A DNA stretch of 64,000 nt from Octopus vulgaris (GCA_951406725.2 OX597814.1:59024001-59088000), one strand, 5' to 3'. Numbered from the stretch's first letter, positions 39,798 through 61,535 are shown. Notes: generated from the letters alone by a model not told the origin. Program-made: numbers and translations.

Positions 39798-40760
39798 GAG
39801 AGCGAATAATGCAGATATCGACAAAGCCCTGACCCATCAATGGCTAATGGCCTCTGGCTTAAAATCTGAAACAGAGGGGTTATCATAGCAGCTCAAGATC
39901 AATGCCTTCCAACAAGAAACTACCAGGCCAACATATTAAAGAACGGCAGTAGCCCAACATGTCGTGTATGCCGACAACAAAATGAAACCATTGATCATGT
40001 TGTCTCCAAATGCAGTCTTCTAGTGCCTACAGAGTACCTCAATAGGCATGATAGAGCTGCACAATATATTCACTGGGTAATTTGCAAAAACCTGGATTTG
40101 CCCCATGAAAAAAACTGGTGGGAACACAATCCACCTCCAGTGCTTGAAAATGACCACATCTCACTCCTCTGGAACTTCACCATTCAAACTGACAGGAAGA
40201 TAGATGCAAATAGGCCAGACATCATATTGAAAGACTTCAGACAAAGAACATGCCTCCTCATTGATATGACTGTCCCAATCGATATAAACGTATCTGTCAA
40301 GACCTACCAAAAACTGAGCAAATATAAAGATCTTGAAATAGAAATCAGCAAAATGTGGAAGCTGAAGACTAAAACAATACCTGTTGTCATAGGTGCCCTA
40401 GGAATGATAGCGAAAGGGACTGATTGCTACCTAACTCAGATACCAGGAAACCCCAAAATGGCAGAAATTCAAAAGATAGTGCTCATGGGAACTGCTCATA
40501 TCCTACGCAAAATACTCTCTATGTAATCCCAAGGTTTAAAACAAACTTTTTTTTATTTTTATTTTTACTTTTTATTTATTTTTAATTTTTTTATTTTTTA
40601 AAATTTTATTTTTATGTATTAGACATTCACTAGTACAACACCAAAAAACCCAAAAAACCCCCAAATATATGGCACAGAACTTCCAACCTCTTGTCTCTTG
40701 AGGTCTCTGGGTGAGACTTGGAGCCAACTTGTACAGGCATAAAGCAAAAGACAAACATGG
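39796..40760 (+). mobile_element. R4/Dong-type RLE non-LTR retrotransposon, 3' fragment (family A): CCHC knuckle, PD..D nuclease and 3' UTR
   Basis: WLMASGLKSETEG..AAQDQ, CRVCRQQNETIDHVVSKC, RHD, NRPDIILKD...LIDMTVP, KLSKYKDLEIE, IPVVIGALG; stop at 40526; the UTR runs into (AAT)n at 40761. Confidence 0.9.
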
Positions 40761-40776
40761 AATAATAATAATAATA

Positions 40777-41225
40777 ACGGATCAAAAGATTAGGGATTAA
40801 TGAGGGTTCTGGCATTTAGCATGTAGGCATAAAAGAGAAGATCAGGAAGGAGTGTTACAAGAGAGTTCGAGCAACCTAAAATGCACTAACAAGGAGGTAG
40901 CTATAAATTCCTTAGCATTTGCGGTTGTTATTTACAGTTTCAATGTGTTGAACTGGTATATGAGGGAAATAAGGAAGATTGACAAGAAAATACGTAAGCT
41001 GCTAATTTGCAATAAGATGCACCTCCCAAAGGCAGATGTAGAACATCTTTGCCTACTCAGTGCTCAAGAAGGTCGGGTCTTGATTTAATTTGAAATCTAC
41101 AAAACTACCACAATTAGACTGGTGAAATATATTGAAACATCTAACGACTGGATGCAAAAGCTCGTTGAAAATCATGTAGGACGTAAGAAGCCACATTTTG
41201 TTATGAAGGAGAGCAAAATATTTCC
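40777..41225 (+). mobile_element. R4/Dong-type retrotransposon internal fragment (end of RT/thumb region), older and decayed
   Basis: LGINEGSG...KEKIRKECYKRVRA and AINSLAFAVVIYSFNVLNW..EIRKIDKKIRKLL..NKMHLPKADVEHL...EGRVLI, resembling the HPKAD.RLY..GGRGL motif. Confidence 0.75.
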
Positions 41226-41289
41226 TTCAGCCTGCACTGTGTGCACGACGGTCAAGTGAAAATAGTGATGGCGACATAGACATTCTACA

Positions 41290-41410
<121 letters not shown>

Positions 41411-41923
41411 GTAGCAGTACTAGAAATGGTTACAAGATTAGAATAGTGCGGTGCGATACATAACAAAGATTGATTTTGTTTATTGAAGAAAACGGTATTT
41501 CAACAGTTCTAGAATCAATTTACAAAATGCGCAAAAATGTAGAAAATCAACGTTTCTACTGGACAAAGTTATTTCTTAAACCAACAAACATATCATTTTG
41601 CTCGTTCGTAATTTATGAAACAGGAAACAAGTACAAATAAAAATCGGAGAAAAAACCAACAAGTAAAGTAAACACTAAGTTAAAAGATTTAGTATAAATC
41701 AGATGGAATTCACCTGTCATTTTGCATATGTTTGAGAAGACAAACGAACTGTCGAAATATTGCTGAGCTCAAGAACCGAAGTCAGTCTGCATTATATTAT
41801 ATATCACATGGCACCCATACGGCAGTGTATTTGACTTCTTGAAGTTTCCATGAATCTTTATGAATTAGTATAATAATAATAATAATAATGATGATGATGA
41901 TGATGATGGTGATAATAATAATG

Positions 41924-41974
<51 letters not shown>

Positions 41975-41975
<1 letters not shown>

Positions 41976-42524
41976 GTACCAGGCAGTGGCTCTCATGGCT
42001 TCTGATCTTAACTGATTGGAAGTGTTATCACGTACATTGTTTTGTCTTGGTGTAAAAGATGGGTTACATCAAATATTCTGCTCAATACCACAGATTTGCT
42101 TGTCAGTTGTTTGACCTTCACCAGTTCAGCATGTCCTTTAGTAGCTGACTATATGTGCATCTCTGATCACCAGCAGAAATAGTGGGGGAGCATCATAGCC
42201 ATGTGTTGAGAGGGAGTCTTTGGGGTTTGAATAATTCACCTCAGGAAACATGGGTGGTTCTTTCAACATCCTTAAACAACCCTTATTCAGGGACCTTTTG
42301 AGCGAGTTTGAGAGGTTTTCTTCAACCTGAAGAAAATTCTAAATGGGCCTCACCTGCAAAGTTATGTGCTGTTTATCTTGATATGAGATCACCATGTCGC
42401 CCACATATGGTTGTGATGCATGTACGTAGTGTACCCTTATCAGACGGGAAGTCATAATGGGTATATTGGGCTTCGCATATTTTACCCCAGTGTCACTTTG
42501 ATGGCATGCACTGCTCTCTCACTC
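41975..42524 (+). mobile_element. Non-coding ~550-bp TAA-associated element, copy 2
   Basis: Collinear with 39192-39748, with the same 3' end CTCTCTCACTC-(AAT)n. Confidence 0.85.
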
Positions 42525-42562
<38 letters not shown>

Positions 42563-42644
42563 TAATAATAATAATAATAATAATAATAGTAATAACAATA
42601 ATACTGATAATAATATTAATAATAATAGTAATTATATTAATAAC

Positions 42645-48635
<5,991 letters not shown>

Positions 48636-49478
48636 TCTCCATCAACGAAAACAAAGAAACAAAGAAAGTCGCGTTAACATTTTCCAAGCGACAGCGATCG
48701 CGGATCATATTTTACAGTGTGTGTGTGTGTGTGTGGTATAATCTACAATACTCCCCGAAATCCTAAAACTAATGGGGCAGGAAGAGAATTCAGGAAAATG
48801 GGCAAACATTACTTAAGCTTCTTTCAACACAAATATATTTTCATGCACATATTGAAATCTTGCTAAAGGGCAATGTTTTGGGTGGCTGTTCCAAAGAGCA
48901 TTGCCTATATAACATCTAACCACTGGAGATTATTCTTCATAATCTTGTAAATTACCATTGAAAATAAGTGATGTAAAATCGTGTAATTTCGAGTGAACAT
49001 CAACAGCTATGTTTCTAGCTCGCCCCATAAACAATCACTTCCAGCTTATCGCAGAAATGTTCGGGCTGGAAACAGAAACACGATTTATATCATGTCGCAA
49101 ATTTATGCCACCCCCACCCCCACACACACACACCGCACACACACACACACACGAACACAAATACACACACGGTGACAAAATCAGATACAATTTTACAAGA
49201 AGCCAGATTTAGAAGTCGGACAATAAAACCGAATCAAGTATTCTGGAAAATCACCATGGAAACTGAAATATTACACAGTTATCAACAACTGATAAACCAA
49301 TGACAATGACAGACAACTTGACAAGCCATCAAGTTTGAAGGAAAATCAAATTTAACGTTAGCAGAAGTGGACAAAAAGATAAATATAAATCTGAGTGTAT
49401 GTATGTGAATGAATACATATATATATGTCTGCGCGCGAGCTTGTGCCTTCATTGCATATGTGCATGTCTTATACATAC

Positions 49479-49580
<102 letters not shown>

Positions 49581-51135
49581 GTATATACATATATATACAT
49601 ATACATATATATATATATATGTATATCTATCTATATGTATACATATATATATATATATATAGATAGATATATAGATAGACATTGATATACATACATATAT
49701 GCATATATAGATATACAGACAAACAGATTCACGATGATGTATGATTACATATATATCAAATGACAAATTAAATTAACAAATTATATTGTATTGTCATGCA
49801 TGTAAACATCATATTTCACAACGATATCACGACAATTCACATTTTTTCGTTCTTTACATATAGCACCTTGCATGTTTATTTACCTTCTAGTTTTGTTTCA
49901 CTTGTTCATCAGAGAACAAATTGCATGTCAAGTTTCTTGTAAATTCTTAACAGAAATGCTAATCATAATAACTATATTTTTCTTATCAAGATTTTGTAAT
50001 CTTTTTGTTATACGACGCTGATTGCTGTTTGTCTGTGATTCTTAGTATACGTCAAAATATTACTACGAATACGGAAAGACTTTTATAGTCGTATTTGTTG
50101 GAATACATATAAGATCATTTTGATAAGCATGTTTACAAATAGCTACACATGGAGGTATCAATTTCTCTTGAGTTTAAGTCTAATCTAAATTGACAAATAC
50201 ATAACTCTGGTTGATTGAATGGCTGGAATGTCAGTTTAAGTTTCAAAATGAATTTGGATCTGTTTCTACCAGTAACACTTCACAATAATGAAATATGCTT
50301 ATTGATACAATATTGATATAGACATGCACACACGCCATCACACGCGCAGACAGATACATACATAGGTATGTATGAATGTATATCAACATAGTTTTCCCCA
50401 GAGGATCGACATCGGTGGACCATATTTGTTATCTTTAATTAGGATGCTGATGTAATCAGAATTACCATTTTGTTACAGTCATTTTCAATATCGTCACTAC
50501 TGGATGGAACAAACGTTTTATGACTTTAATGTTATTTATATGTACGTTTAATGCAAAATTACATGCTAAACTATTTACACATACAACACGACATAATAAT
50601 AGCATCACTTTAATATGCTATTCCCATTTCTTACAGACTAGGGCCCCAAATTAACAACAGACTGCAGGTTGTTAATCAATACATTATTTTGATACATCTG
50701 GATGCGTGTAGGTTCATCTTCGATAATATGCTCATTTGTAGTTTATAGCAAAAAAATAGTGAAAAAATATAGGAAAAAAAGGAAGCTGCACGTATAATAC
50801 GTAACTTAGAAGCAGAGCTACTGAGGTACCAGCACACACGAGATTGAGATATGGCCGACCTCACGCACTTCTCAGCAAGAATTCTGGAAGGAGCATCGTG
50901 AGACCACTGCTGAGACACTTCCAAAAAATAAAAATGAAAAGGCGTTAGAAAATCGATCATAGTAGCAACTCCGTGTAAGAATATCTGAATTAGGAATATT
51001 AATCTGAAATACCATATCAGACTATGGATGAGTAAATTACAACTGGTATATAGCCCATTGTCTATAGTATAGTGCATTGTTGTACCATTCAAAACCTTAT
51101 TCTTTACAACCAATATACAACGCTTCAAGCGAACT

Positions 51136-51211
<76 letters not shown>

Positions 51212-51214
<3 letters not shown>

Positions 51215-52300
51215 GAGTTGGACAAAATAATGGAAACAGCAAGCATCAAGGCATCATAATTTTGAAATATCTCTAAAACAGTTAAAAGCTTGATTATTTA
51301 TCTATGATTTTGATTTATTATTAGTGTTGCTTCATATGTTTTGCTAAAATTGCTGTTTCTTTTCAGATGTCGTATGACAAAAAGGGTAATTAAAATGCAT
51401 AAAAATGACATCTATCGGAATTTCAAAGCGGTCAAATTATTAGCGCTCGTATGGCAGACGCTAGCGTAACGAAAACACCCGAAATGTTTGGTTTATCAAA
51501 ATATACTATCTCGAAAGAAATGACAGGCTTTGAGGAAGAGGGGAAAAACTCCTCGTCGAGACAAACTCCAGAAGAAAACGAAAACTTTCAGATAGGGACC
51601 ATCGGGCTCTTACGCGAATTATTTGAAAGGATCACAAAAGTAAAACTCCGAAAATTACTGCAGAGTTTAATGACCACCTCCAGAACCCAGTTTCCACAAA
51701 AGGTTTTTGTCTGGATTTCACTGGATAGTTGCAATCAGAAAACCACTACTTTCAAAAACAAACGTTGCAAAGTGTTTACGGTGGAATAAAACTATACAGA
51801 ATTGGTCCCTAGAGCAGTGGAAGAATGTTATTTTCTCGGGCGAGTCCTTTACCTTATTTCCAACCACCAACCGAGTATACGTTGGGAGACAGACAAAAGA
51901 AGCATTTGACTCAGACTGCTTTCTTTCAACTGTTAAACGTGGAGGAGGATCTGTGACAATCTGGGGGAGGGACTATATCTTTGATATCTCCCGGCCCAAT
52001 GATTTCCCTTCATGGCAGAATTAATAGTGAAGACTATTTAAGCATTTTATCTGATGAAATTCATCCTATGGTTGCGGAACTGTGTCCGGATGGAAACGGA
52101 ATCCTTCCGGAAGTTAATGCACCAATTCACACAGCTAAAATTGTTACTTAATAGCACGAGAAACATTCCAGTGAAGTTAAACATCTACTCTGGCTACCAC
52201 AGTCCCCAGATCTGGACATATTACTGAACATTTTTGGTTCATCTTAGAAAAACACGTAAGGAGTCAATATCCTCCATTACTGCCAAATGTGGTCCTACTC
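51212..52300 (+). mobile_element. Tc1-like transposon, decayed, inserted in (TA)n; right TIR not seen
   Basis: Starts TA|CAGGAGTTGGACAAAATAATGGAAAC. Motifs WSLEQWKNVIFSGESFTLF, TVKRGGGSVTIWG and WLPQSPDL. Confidence 0.85.
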
Positions 52301-52627
52301 CATATGAAAATAAATTATCATATAGTTGCAAAGTTAAAGCTCACGCTCATCAACATAGACAGTTGAATTAAGTTTTTTACAATGCAGCCGTCCTTTCACA
52401 CGGACTTTTTTCTGTCTTTAAACCAAAGCTCTGAAGATATATATATATATAAATTTACATGAAAGGTTTATAACTCAAATCATGTATATAAGGTGAAACA
52501 AAATGTTGGCTCTTTTGTTTTTTTTAATAAATTTTAATGTTATATTATATTCATAGCTTATATTATATAAAATAGATAAATTATTGGATTGTCAATTGAA
52601 TCTCTAATTAATTTATTGTTTATAAAT

Positions 52628-52671
<44 letters not shown>

Positions 52672-52865
52672 GCATATGTATACACATGCATAAATGATTA
52701 TATATGCATAAATATATACATATATATATATAAACATATATACATATATAAGCATAAATTATATATTTATATCTACGTATATATACACATACATATATAT
52801 ATATATATATGTTTATGTATATATTTATATATATTAATAAATACTCATATATATAGAAGTATATA

Positions 52866-52926
<61 letters not shown>

Positions 52927-52969
52927 CCTCTGAGGAAATTCGTTAGACTCAGGTTATATACCGAAACAG

Positions 52970-54110
52970 CTTCTAGCCCAGTCTGTCATATCGGTATTCG
53001 AACAGGGAAACAGATCCCTCGCAGTCACCTATCACCCAATCTCGCTCCCCTTCCACATCATCAAAGTGTTTGAAAGAGTGTTAAAATCAAGGACAGCTGA
53101 CTTCCTGGAGATCCCCAAACTCCTAAATGCAAATCAGAATGGCTTTCGCTGTGGCAGCGACTGTCTAACACAGCTCTTGCACCACATTGAAGATATACCC
53201 AAAGTCTTGGGAACAGGTTCGAACGCTGATGTCATATATCTTGACTTCAGTAAAGCGTTCGAGAGGGTTGACCATAATATCCTACTCTCAAAATTGGCAA
53301 ATTTTGGAATCCGTGGAAAACCTCTACACTTGATTAAGTATTTCCGCGATGCACAACATGTTGTAGCGAAGGGGACTGTCTTGGGCCCGCTACTGTTTAT
53401 AATTTACATAAACGACCTTTCCAGTGTCGTACATTGCTGCAAAGTGAAGATATTTGCTGAGGACACTAAGCTCCAACGAATCATCAATGAAGAAGCAGAA
53501 CGAACTCAACTCCAGTCTGATCTATATGCTGTGAGTCAATGGGCAGACAGAAACAAAATGCAACTGAACGAGGGAAAATTTGAGCTGATGCATTTTGGAA
53601 GGAATCCCTCACTAAAACAGCCATACTCTCTTCCTTCAGGAGACCCGCTCAGAGTCTCTAACAATATCAGAGACCTGGGTGTAATTGTTGATGACGATTT
53701 CAGTTGGAGTGCACACATCAACAATAAGGTCGATATAGCTCGTAGGATGAGTTGCTGGATCTTAAGAACTTTCCAGTCCAGAGAACAAGGTGTCATCATA
53801 CCACTATTCTCTTACATGTACACTGCAACATAATTTCTTTTCCTCAACAGGCCCTGCCCTATTTAACATTGTCCCGAAAGAGATCAAAGAGGAAAAGGAT
53901 CCCATCAATTTTAAACGGGGTCTGGATAGATTCCTTCAAGGAATACCAGATAAGCCACCCATAATTGGATACAACTCACCCAACAAAACTCACTACCTGA
54001 ATGGCCCATAAACAAAATTTGACTTAAACAGCATTTAGATAATCCTATCAGGTGTTGCTATTAAGTTAGACATGGCCTGGACCAATCTTTGGTCGAAACA
54101 TATCTAAGTT
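52970..54110 (+). mobile_element. CR1-group LINE 3' fragment (RT) with internal deletions
   Basis: [59 protein letters not shown] (FADD mutated), RDLGVIVD, FKRGLDRFLQGIPD; 3' hairpin GACCAA-TCT-TTGGTC before (TA)n. Confidence 0.85.
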
Positions 54111-54143
54111 TATATATATATATATACATATGTATAAATATAT

Positions 54144-54220
<77 letters not shown>

Positions 54221-54389
54221 TGTCAATATTCTTAAGTTATGACACTTGGAAAAGTACAGAACAAGATTTCCGTATTAGATTTTGCCTAATTCGTCTCTAA
54301 AGGAAACTAGAAAGTACTTGACATTAAAATTCTACTGTACATACAATGTTGTAGCTGAGGATAACATCTTTAAATTTTAATGTATTTTA

Positions 54390-54578
54390 TTCTTTCGTAC
54401 TCTAAGCACAAGGCCCTAAATTTGGTGTCAGGGAGAAAGTCTATTAGTTCAACTCCAATGCACTACTGGTACTTAATTTATCGACCCCGAAAGGATGAAA
54501 GCCAAAGTCCACCTCGGCGGGATTTGAACTCAGAGCGTTAAGACAGGCGAAATACAACTAATCATTTCGCTCGGTGAT
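54390..54578 (-). mobile_element. tRNA-derived SINE, fourth family
   Basis: Minus-strand B box GAGTTCAAATCC followed by GCCGAGGTGGACTTTGGCTTTCATCCTTTCGGGGTCGATAAATTAAGTACCAG; homologous to 62000-62190 and to a fragment at 55565-55610. Confidence 0.75.
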
Positions 54579-56761
54579 GTTCAGCCTTATGAGCTCATAA
54601 ATAGCCCCAGTAACTTTTATTATTTTCAGAAAAAAAATGCAAGTAAAATTATCCAACCCTGTATTTAAATTAAAGAGCTGCTTACTTTTGGAAAAACTAT
54701 TATTTAAAAGATGAAATAAAATGAAATTACTTTAAAAAAAAAAATACAGTAGAAATCACCGAATTATTCATCCCTAGGAAAAAATTGAAAGTGACGAATT
54801 ACGAGAAGTAACAAATAAGCCAATGTTGAATTAGGCTAATTCTACTGTATTAATGCTAACTAATAATTTTACCTATGATTTATTTGTCAGATTACATTTT
54901 TTTTCATGTGGAAGAATTAACCGAGTATATGGATGATTTGAAACCATTTAATGACCATTATTCTGCAATCAATGTTTGTGTGTGGGATTTCATTAAACGC
55001 GAAAAGAATTTGTGCAATCTCATTTATAACTTCATATTCTGTTGTTTGTACTTGATACAACTTAATAAGATAACTCTTCTAACTGTATATTTCAAAAGAC
55101 ATGATTTGGGGAATTTTTTGTTTAAATTTATTTTTGATTATTTTAAATGAAATAAGTTATCTCAAATTTACCTATTATAATGTATTTTAATTTTTAAAAT
55201 TTTATTCTCGACTGCAATATTTCAAGTGTAGTAGAATATTAATTTTAAGTACTTTTTAGTTTCCTTTACAGGCATATTGTACTGTAGAAAGCTTGTTCTG
55301 TACCTTTCCGAGTGGAATAACATAAAACTATTAACATGTATGCGCCCGACGTTTTCGTTTTAATCCACATTTTTTGCCGGCAATGTAATAAAACTAATAA
55401 ATATTCCTTTGTCAAAAAATATTACAACTATTTTTTATTGTTATTGGCTGAATTCAAATAAGAATGATATGCTTTATTTTTTTTTTCACATATTGTTTCT
55501 TAAATTCAAGATATAAGAAAATTAACCTGGACAGGTTTTTTTTTTTTTTTACATTTTTTTTTTACATTCATCCTTTCGGGATCGATAAATTAAGTACCAG
55601 TTGCGTACTGTATATTTATTTGCCTGTATATTTATTTCCTTTAAAGTCAATATTTTTTTAGGAAAATGACAAAAGCAATTATAACTGTAAAAAATACTAG
55701 ATCCTATATCCTCACTGTATATAAAATTTTTATATTGAAACAAAGGGCATAATACGAATGCGTCAAAAAAGCAAGTGTGAAAATCCATGCTGAAAAATAA
55801 TTTTCAATATAATAGTTAAGATTAGTGTAATACTAATTTTATTATAAAATCAAGATATAAATCAGTTATATCTATATATAAGAAGAGCTAGCAAGAAGAA
55901 TTACAAGAATATACCAAATATATAGTAAGAAGGGAATCTAATGTTGACCATAAAAATATTCTCACTCTACCCTGAATAACATATATATATATATATATAT
56001 ACATATATATATGAACACACGAACACAAGCACACTTACACACGAAAAGAGAATGGATTTCAATTTTAGTATCTATTGTAATACACAACACCGTTTGGTTA
56101 ATTATCTATATCCTTATTATCTTTATTATTATACTTTTCTTTTGTTTTTATAGAGCTAAACACGATGATTAAGAGGAAAATTATCACTTCTAAAACATAC
56201 GTGATACTTTCACTTATTCATTTCAAATTTATGTATTTTATCTTTTATTAAATTATGATTAATAACCAACACGAAGTCCCAAAAGCATCCAAATAATTTA
56301 ATTAATATCAATTAATTCCACAGAAACTTGATTGATTTATTAATTTTGAATAATTATAAACCAATAAACTCGTACTGTACCTGGAGAGAATGTATCTCTC
56401 TCTTGAAAAAGATAATTTGAATACTAACATTATTTCATAGATATCTGGACTGAGAAATTTATATTTTCCTTGTGGGAACACAAGCTTTAAACGATGAAGA
56501 TTGTTTTGATTTAAATAACAAAAATCCATTTAGCTTCAGCAAACATCACGTGAGTTTAATAAAACTTTAACAAAAAACATACCTAAAGAAGACATTTGTG
56601 ATTTATTTCTATTTTGCAACATGCAAAAAACGTTGTTTTTGAAAGTATATGTCAATATGGTCAGCGTGATATATTAAAGTGTTATAACACCCATTTGGTT
56701 TTTAGATCTAAATGTTGCACTGAAGTTATAGCATGTGCACGGTAGGACAATTTTGTGTGTG

Positions 56762-56819
<58 letters not shown>

Positions 56820-57762
56820 GGTAGAACAGATCTCAACAATCAAAGCAGACACCAATAAACGCATGTAAAATAATATGCAGGATAATTTCTCGTGTGCGAC
56901 AAGCAGATGCAAATGTCCGACGAATTTCGAGGAATTTAGAGTATTACTCGTAAAAATACGTGAACACTCACACACGCAACCAAAGAAACAAACACACACA
57001 CATACATATGCGTGTGTTTGCACATGTGTTTGTATGTGTGTGAATTCATGTGTGTCTGTATGTGTGCAAACAACACCGACAACGTAATTGTCTAGAGAAG
57101 CAATACTCGTAAAAAAATTTATATTCTCATAATTACAATCCTCCCTCATATGAACGTTAGATATAGAGCTAATATACTGAAATCATAATCATATTTTAGT
57201 AAATTGTTATATGATTTTAATGTCACATAACGTGTCATTATCTCTTTGCACTGATGTCCGGCTGCTTGCCCTCATTTAAAGGTTATGAAACTGTAAGTAA
57301 GAAAATACTTATTTTACGAACTAAAGAGAAATATGATACCAAACGGAAGAAGGAGATTATACGTTTGGTGAGTTATAAATTTCAATAATGCTTGATCACA
57401 GTCATTCCTAATCATTGGCGTTGTGGTATGTGAGAACCCTTTTGCATTTTATTATGTAGGATTAATGCCTGACTGATGAATTTTAAAATCTTGTGACAAA
57501 CTCATTCGAATGGAGATCGTAGTCGATGATTTTATTACGATTACCATTATTGAGACATATGACTTTATTACAAAGTGCTTTCTGTTTAACCATGAAACGT
57601 CACTCATGTACCTTAGAGTTTGTCCTACATATTTATGAATTTTGACTTGATAAAATAAATGAGAATTCTCTGGAAGTGAAGTAATTATTTAAAATATTGA
57701 ACATCTGAAAACTGTTAGGCAATACTACGCAGTGTATTTTAAAAGATAGTTTTAAAAGACAA

Positions 57763-57857
57763 TGATAATAAAAAATAATGATAATAATAATAATAATAAT
57801 AATAATAATCATAACGATAATGATGATAATAATAATGATAATAATAATAATAGTATG

Positions 57858-57943
<86 letters not shown>

Positions 57944-58235
57944 AAGAAGAAGAAGAGGAGGAAGAATATGAAGAAGGAGAAGAATAAGAAGAATAAGAAT
58001 AAGAATAAGAATAAGAAGAAGAAGAAGGAGAAGGAGAAGGAGAAGAAGAAGAAGAAGAAGAAGAAGAAGAAGAAGAAGAAGAAGAAGAAGAAGAAGAAGA
58101 AGAATATGAATAAGGAGAAGAAGAAGAAGAATATAAAGAAGGAGAAGAAGAAGAAGAAGAAGAAGAAGAAGAAGAAGAAGAAGAAGAAGAAGAAGAAGAA
58201 GAAGAAGAAGAAGACGAAGAAGAAGAAACAGAAGT
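57763..58235. repeat. Compound (AAT)n to (AAG)n microsatellite
   Basis: Direct reading. Confidence 0.95.
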
Positions 58236-59167
58236 AGGAAGAGGAAGTGGAGGCGGTGGAAATTACAGCTGAAGAAGGAGATATAGAGGAGTTATGAAAA
58301 ATTTCAGATTGTGATCTAAACTGAACTATAATATAACTGAGTCCCTTCGCATGTACAAAACCACATGCGTATCATGTGCTAAATTATATATGTTGGGAAA
58401 TATATTCTATAACCTTTCATATCACGCTCTCTGTTCATTTTTTTCTGATGATGGAATGATAACAGTTTCTATTTATCTAAAATCGATGTCAGTGGATTAA
58501 AGGCGTTGTAAAACATGCACTTTGTACTGCCATGCACGCATAACGATCTTAATCGACGACGGCAAATGGAAGTGAGGTCCCTTTCTCTTTGAAATCATAT
58601 TACACAAAATACGGCATAAGCCATGCACTCTTACTTAATTCGTAAGGAAAAAATAATTTCTTTCTATGGCAGAATTTATTCGCACACAAACGTATCAAAA
58701 TACTTGATCCCGAGACAATAGGGGATCGAATAACGAAATGTTTATATGAAAGTAAAACGCTCAACAAATACGTGTTGCACGCATGTCGAGTAAAGTTCAG
58801 CTGCAGGATCTACTTTCACTTATGTCACAAGCTTTGTTAAAGATTGTATATCACATTAATCAAACTTTTCCTGATCACATTCTGAAAATGATTCCTTTTG
58901 AAATTACTTACATTGCACCAAACATCCCAGCAGATCAAAAGTATTCTACGCGTTTCAAATACATATATATGCTTCATGATTCTCTATACTGAATTCACTA
59001 CATTTCATATATTCCTTGTAAAGATAATGTTTAGGAGGAGCCAATCGAATACAACTATTCAAATAACCATAGAAACTGATAAGAGAAACAAAGGTTTCTA
59101 TCTTGCCATCTGTCCAGTTAAAGTTTCAAATTAAAGATTATTGATGACTGGTAGTCAAACTTTCTGG

Positions 59168-59251
<84 letters not shown>

Positions 59252-59279
59252 TTATATATATATATATATATATATATAA

Positions 59280-59940
59280 TACAGAATGGGAAAAGAACGC
59301 AAAAGATCTGGATAATTAGGTGATACAAAAATGGGACAACAAAACATCCAGAAAAACGATACAAAGAAAACACGGACGGGTCATTCGAAGTTTTCTTTCC
59401 TCAATCAAGTACCGGATTATCGTCGCAATTTCGGCTGATTTTACTTGAAATTGCTCCAATCTGGCCAGCCCCAAGGAAAACCTAAGCTAAGAGCATTAGA
59501 TTCCTTGGGAGAAAGCTGCGAATGTATTCAAAAACAAGGACGGAAAAAACGGACAATGCTACACAAATAAAATAAAATGATAATAGGACATAATAACAGG
59601 TGTCTTTCGACTAAGGACGAATTAACTTAAGCTAGCGTGTGTGGAAATGAAGCCTTACGGCCGGGACAGACAGTTTCACGAACACAGGGAGGAATGTCGA
59701 TCTTGCACAGACAACGGCAAAACCAAGAAAGAAAGGACATGCTTGGCCGAACGCCAGTAATTTGGGAAGAGAAAATAGAGAAGTAGAAGCAGAGGGACAG
59801 AAGAATTAGGGAGGGGCGAGAAAATATGACAGGGACACAGTGAAGTGAAAAGTGGAGGGAGAGTGAGCAAGAAGAGAAGGCATAGAAATGTGAGAGAAAG
59901 GGAACGAAAGAACGAAGAGTGGAATGAAGGAATAAGCGTG
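59280..59940 (-). mobile_element. Unclassified interspersed repeat, possibly a PLE pseudo-LTR
   Basis: Strand-biased purine-rich block adjoining TA/TC microsatellite, with hairpin GCAATTTC...GAAATTGC. It resembles repeats I associate with octopus PLE ends, but has no coding motif. Confidence 0.3.
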
Positions 59941-61112
59941 AGAGGGCTGATCTATTGGTATAAAAAATTACGGATTAAGAAAACACATTTTAATTGTTAA
60001 ATTCACCTTACAAAGCCGACAGTCGTTTCTGTTGCATTAACACATTGAGATACAGACAATATCATTCAAAATGGTATACCTGAAAATACATGTTATCTCA
60101 ACGTTTTTGAGGCGATCCACAATTTGCTGAATCCAAAGTAAACAAAGAAAACATTTTGAGTACAAAAGAACGTTAAGAAATCTAATCTAAAACGCTATGT
60201 TTGCAGCAACTCTTGGTGACGTCAGTGTATAACGAAAGAATAAAAAAAGTAACCAATGAAATACTACGTCACTACAATTACTTATCTAACTATATATTTC
60301 TGGTAGCAAAAGGTTACCTAAAACACAATATACTGCTTGCTATTACAAAGTTGCATATTTTGTGATGCGGAATAGCCACAATTACAGAATGTTAGAATAC
60401 ACGACACTAAAGGAAACAATGACAAAATAATGACAATCGAGTTTATATTTATCACAGATTTATACTGGGAAGTCATACAGCTATAGAAAAACGTCATTAA
60501 AAATATTAATTCAAACTATTTGAAAACACAACACACAGTCAACACAGACATATGCACCTGAACATATATGTATGTTTGTGTGCGTGTACGCACGTCTGTG
60601 TGTGTGTATGTGTGTGTGTGTCTGTGTGTAAGCTTTAAATGCGTTTTTAAAGCCAAAAATTGCAAGTTATAAAACATTAATTATACATATACTTGGTTAA
60701 TAGTACTACTACAAAGTATTTAAATATGTAAATACTTTATGATTAGGGAACCTTCTTAAGGAAATCTACTAAGAAAACGTGTTGATAGCTGGGCCGGCAG
60801 CAGTGATCAGCATGATTTCCTCTCACCTTTCTTGAAATAGTTCCCACGGTATATTTGCACACTTTAATCAGATTATTTTCTCTATCTCAAAATTTCTTTG
60901 CTCTGACATTATATCATTAACCGTATTATCTACAGGCAATATATTCTGTATATTGATACCACTTCTGCGCAGGTGTCCTGAAATATTGAAATACCAGGAA
61001 ATGATATCAACCATTGGCATGTACTATTGATTCTTCAGAACTTTCTTTGTTTTAGATGTAAAAGGTATTTCAACCACACACATACATTCACCCACAAGAC
61101 ACACACACACGC

Positions 61113-61167
<55 letters not shown>

Positions 61168-61189
61168 TGTATGTATGTATGTATGTATG

Positions 61190-61220
<31 letters not shown>

Positions 61221-61416
61221 CCAGCGTATATTGAATATACAGTCCATAATATACTTCGGAACAAGTGAGAGACAGATACCGAGAGAATGAATAAATAAAT
61301 AACAAACGATGGATAGGTGTCAGTTCGTTATATTTCCAAAGAAATTTTTAATTGATTAATAAGTACATTGCATTATTATAAAAATACACTTTCTTCAGAT
61401 GAATATACAATATACG

Positions 61417-61535
61417 AATTATACAATTAATGAAACTTAATTCCTCGGCATTTGCATGTTTAGTGATTCCACATTAATAAATTATACATTAATAAACCTT
61501 AATTCTTCGGTATTTGCATGTTTAGTGATTCCACA
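61417..61535. repeat. Local ~62-bp tandem duplication
   Basis: CTTAATTC(C/T)TCGG(C/T)ATTTGCATGTTTAGTGATTCCACA occurs twice. Confidence 0.85.

Noticed and set aside
50676-51242. 188-aa minus-strand ORF
   Set aside because: It starts in the Tc1 TIR, passes through (TA)n, and has no recognisable motif.
52927-52972. CTGAGGA...CCGAAACAGCT, resembling the 9863 hammerhead
   Set aside because: No continuous stem II joins the two core halves, and the cleavage side is replaced by the CR1 fragment.
57470-57525. CTGATGA...TTCGAAT motif
   Set aside because: It lacks GAAA and stem III; compatible with chance.
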